64,000 bases of DNA, from positions 1 to 64,000 of the forward strand of contig MCFE01000243.1 in assembly GCA_002104905.1 (NCBI GenBank), written 5' to 3'. A program made the position numbers and the translations under genes. Origin of the DNA: Basidiobolus meristosporus CBS 931.73. Lineage: Eukaryota; Fungi; Basidiobolomycota. The stretch's first letter is position 1. Each line of letters opens with the position of its first letter. This document shows, in pieces, positions 61,219 to 64,000 of the stretch. The notes below the pieces were generated by a model, which worked only from the letters and a program-made list of their open reading frames with translations, had not been told where the DNA came from and ran no database searches.

Positions 61219-63351
61219 ATGACCCCGACCCATTTTTTCCTCTCTCTGCTTCTATTCTGGGGCTTGCTCCCCCTGGCAAGCCGGTTGCTCCGCAGGCTGA
61301 AAAAGGTGCCGGTATGAAAAGGCTTGATTTGATCGGTTCTCGTTAGATGTGTAACCCGCCCCTCTCTTCCCTGTAGACCCAAAAAAGAGATGCGCTGCTC
61401 ATAGAGGAGACCTCCCTGGAGCACGAGAACGAGAATTCCACCTTTAACTCACGTCACCTGTTTCAAACCTCTCTATTTCAGTTCCGGTACACGACCACCT
61501 CCCTCAACGCTTTCTTTCGTAAGGTGGCCAAATGTTCGCCTACCTTTTGGAACCACTGGTTCACAGTCGGAGTTTGCTTTGGCTTGGCGGCGATGTTGTT
61601 TGGAATGGGACTGATAGCGCTGGCAAGCTGGAGAGTAGCCCTGTTGCTAGGTCAGAGATGGTTGGTAACCAGTGGGGGGATAGAGAGTGGGATCCCGAGC
61701 GATTCTATAGACCCGGAGCAGTCTGGGCAGGTGCTCATCCCTATGGTGGGTTTGTTCGTTGTGAGGTGGCTTGTGTAAGCTCTCTTAACATTTTTGCTCT
61801 GACCATAGATTCCTGGGGTGACTCTACCACTGTCCCATATGGTTTATTACCTCCTGGCGCTATTCCTCTCGGGGCTTGTTCATGAGATGGGCCACGCGGT
61901 CGCAGCAATAGGGTATTTTGTGCACTGCAGTACTTTCCCCTCACGCACGTGACTCAACGGTCCCCCTTCACAGAGAACGAGTGCCGGTGCATTCGTTCGG
62001 AGCATTTCTTATCTTTCTATACCCGGGCGCGTTTGTGGACATCTCTTCGCGCAACCTCGGCCTGCTAACTCCGTTTCGAAAGCTCCGGGTGATCTGTGCG
62101 GGGGTGTGGCACAACGCGGTTCTCTTTCTCATCATATGGTGCCTGTTATCAAGCGGAGTGATTGATCTCACCTTTAGTCTGGTCGGCTGGTCAAGGATCC
62201 ACCCTCATGATGGGGTGGCGGTCGCCAATATTGCCCAGGTAACGGTGCCTTATGCACAACAGCCAGCCACCATCCGCTAACTTTTTTCGGTAGGGCTCAC
62301 CGCTGGCCGCGTTTCTTCCACAATCCTCCCTGATCACCCGACTTGACGACACCCCTCTGGATGATGGGATCGACTCATGGAATCGCTTTTTATCGGGCGC
62401 CAGCCTCCCGAATGCCCGGCAGAATCGAAAAGGGTTCTGTGTATTGCAACCAGATAGTGAAGGTAGCTCGATGATCTGCGTATCTTTATATCGTGCAACT
62501 TACGGAACTTCTACCTTCAGCGGAGCCACAGGATTGCTGCGAGATCTCACGAGAGTACCCGTTCGGGAAGAGTCACAACGAGTCGATCAGCTGCTTTACA
62601 TCGTTACTCGAGGAGCAAGGGGTTGGCGATTTTATTCTTGATGGAATTGCACATGACGAATGGATCCTCACATTGCTTTCAACTAGAATCCCGCGAGATT
62701 TGCTTGTCTCCCGTCAATCCACACCCTGACCAAAGGCCAACGCTGCCAGCACAACACGGATTGCGATATCTATCATCGGGATGGATTCACCAGTGGGAAT
62801 TGCATGGTGCCGTACAATCCAGAGCTTAACGCGAAGCTACTGAGGATCTATTTCCGAGAGCCAGAGTGGATGACCGATTCGGATGACGACAAGATGGTCG
62901 TGTTCACTGGAGATTACGCGGAAGTGTGGAATACAGGTAAGTCTTAATTGAGGGTTGATTTTATCTCGGAGACTGAATGTTCGATTGTATAGTCCGAGTT
63001 GGCGTCCTCAGACCTCGCTGGTCATTTATCCCCGCGACTCTTCCTCTGATGGTCGATACCATTTTAAGGCGAGAGCAGAGATTGCATGTTGTGTGGAGGA
63101 TTTGATACTAACAGAGTTGCTTTAGGTACATACTTTCATTCACGCTAGCGCTGTCAATTCTGAACATCCTTCCTGCGTACCATTTGGACGGACATCATGC
63201 TTTAAGTGCGATACTTACTATGATGTTTTCCGCCGGAGAAGGCAATGGGCCTAGAAGGACGGTGGAAAAAGCCGTCCTGATGGTCACCAGCTTTCTTATG
63301 GGCTGGGTGATCATTGGTAGTCTTATCTTGGTTATTCTTGGTCTGTACTGA
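61219..63351 (+). CDS. MBTPS2: MBTPS2-like site-2 protease (peptidase M50), ~8 exons (firm: 61377-61745, 61809-61912, 61974-62238, 63126-63351; first exon and Cys-rich exon ends less sure)
   Basis: FWNHWFTVGVCFG, IPGVTLP, HEMGH (HExxH), LYPGAFV, AGVWHN, GSPL PDZ-like start, Cys-rich insert, NILPAYHLDG. Confidence 0.88.
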
Positions 63352-64000
63352 AGGCAGATTTGTACATGTCAGCTATATATTCAATTGTTTATTGCCTTAA
63401 ATGTAAATTCATCATTGATCCCACTCCATGGAAATCGATTCCCTTGTTCAAGTTATCCAATAATAACAATCGGAGTGAAAATTGGGGAAGCGATATGTTG
63501 GAATATTCAGAAATGCTTTGTTCCATATCGCATCAAGCCTATGTTGCGTCATACCAGGAATCCTTCCACAGCATCCGATTTTAGCCATGTTTGTAGTATT
63601 CTCGTGTGGTGCAAAGGGTCAGTATTCGGCGTAACCTTGTTTCAGTCATAAAGATTTTGAATTTCCGTCAATGTTCATTTGGTCCAATTGGATACATTAA
63701 GCGTGGTTCCTGAAATCCACATAAGCGTAACTCTAGAAGATCATGAGAATGAGTCTGCTCACATCATTCGCTAGTGGGGTGTGCGATGGAGACACTGCAG
63801 CGGTAATGCGGGCGCGACCATGGCTTTAAATGATGATGTCTTAGCATAGAGTGGCAAGAGGGAATTGGACTCAAGTCAAGAGTAGTATGCTTGGTGTGTG
63901 CTACGGTAGGTCAACAACCAATGGAGTGGTATGCCTCGAAATAGTAACAATGGAAATGCATACCGCAGAAATTATATCCATTGTAAACATACAACTTGAC

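Noticed and set aside
63650-64000. Minus-strand SYAYVDF (RRM RNP1-like) peptide at the window edge
   Set aside because: A stop follows within a few codons and no exon structure could be established.
1-64000. CRISPR arrays, rRNA or tRNA genes
   Set aside because: None seen; the repeats are TE-derived or microsatellites.

Overview
Eukaryotic, almost certainly fungal, DNA; an early-diverging lineage is my inference from an MBTPS2-like S2P, a heme-thiolate peroxidase, short introns and gene/TE composition. The window has two compartments. (1) About 1-51 kb is an AT-rich, CpG-depleted field of nested transposons: two Ty3/Gypsy families, three Ty1/copia copies of one family (one with identical LTRs), several solo LTRs, a CCCTA-ended CACTA/CMC-like family carrying an unrecognised head-to-head accessory ORF, and a PIF/Harbinger-like (PHIS) family with one intact 3.4-kb copy, decayed copies and palindromic foldback MITEs, all at AWT target sites. 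(2) About 51-64 kb is CpG-rich and gene-dense: a Sel1-repeat DSF2/Nif1-like gene, a 10-exon formin with RA-like N-terminal domains, an intronless short heme-thiolate peroxidase/UPO and an MBTPS2-like site-2 protease. The most striking signal is the intact PHIS element: its transposase ORF has no CpG in 885 bp while its partner ORF is CpG-rich. Exon boundaries, alignments and counts were read by eye; coordinates of decayed elements are approximate.
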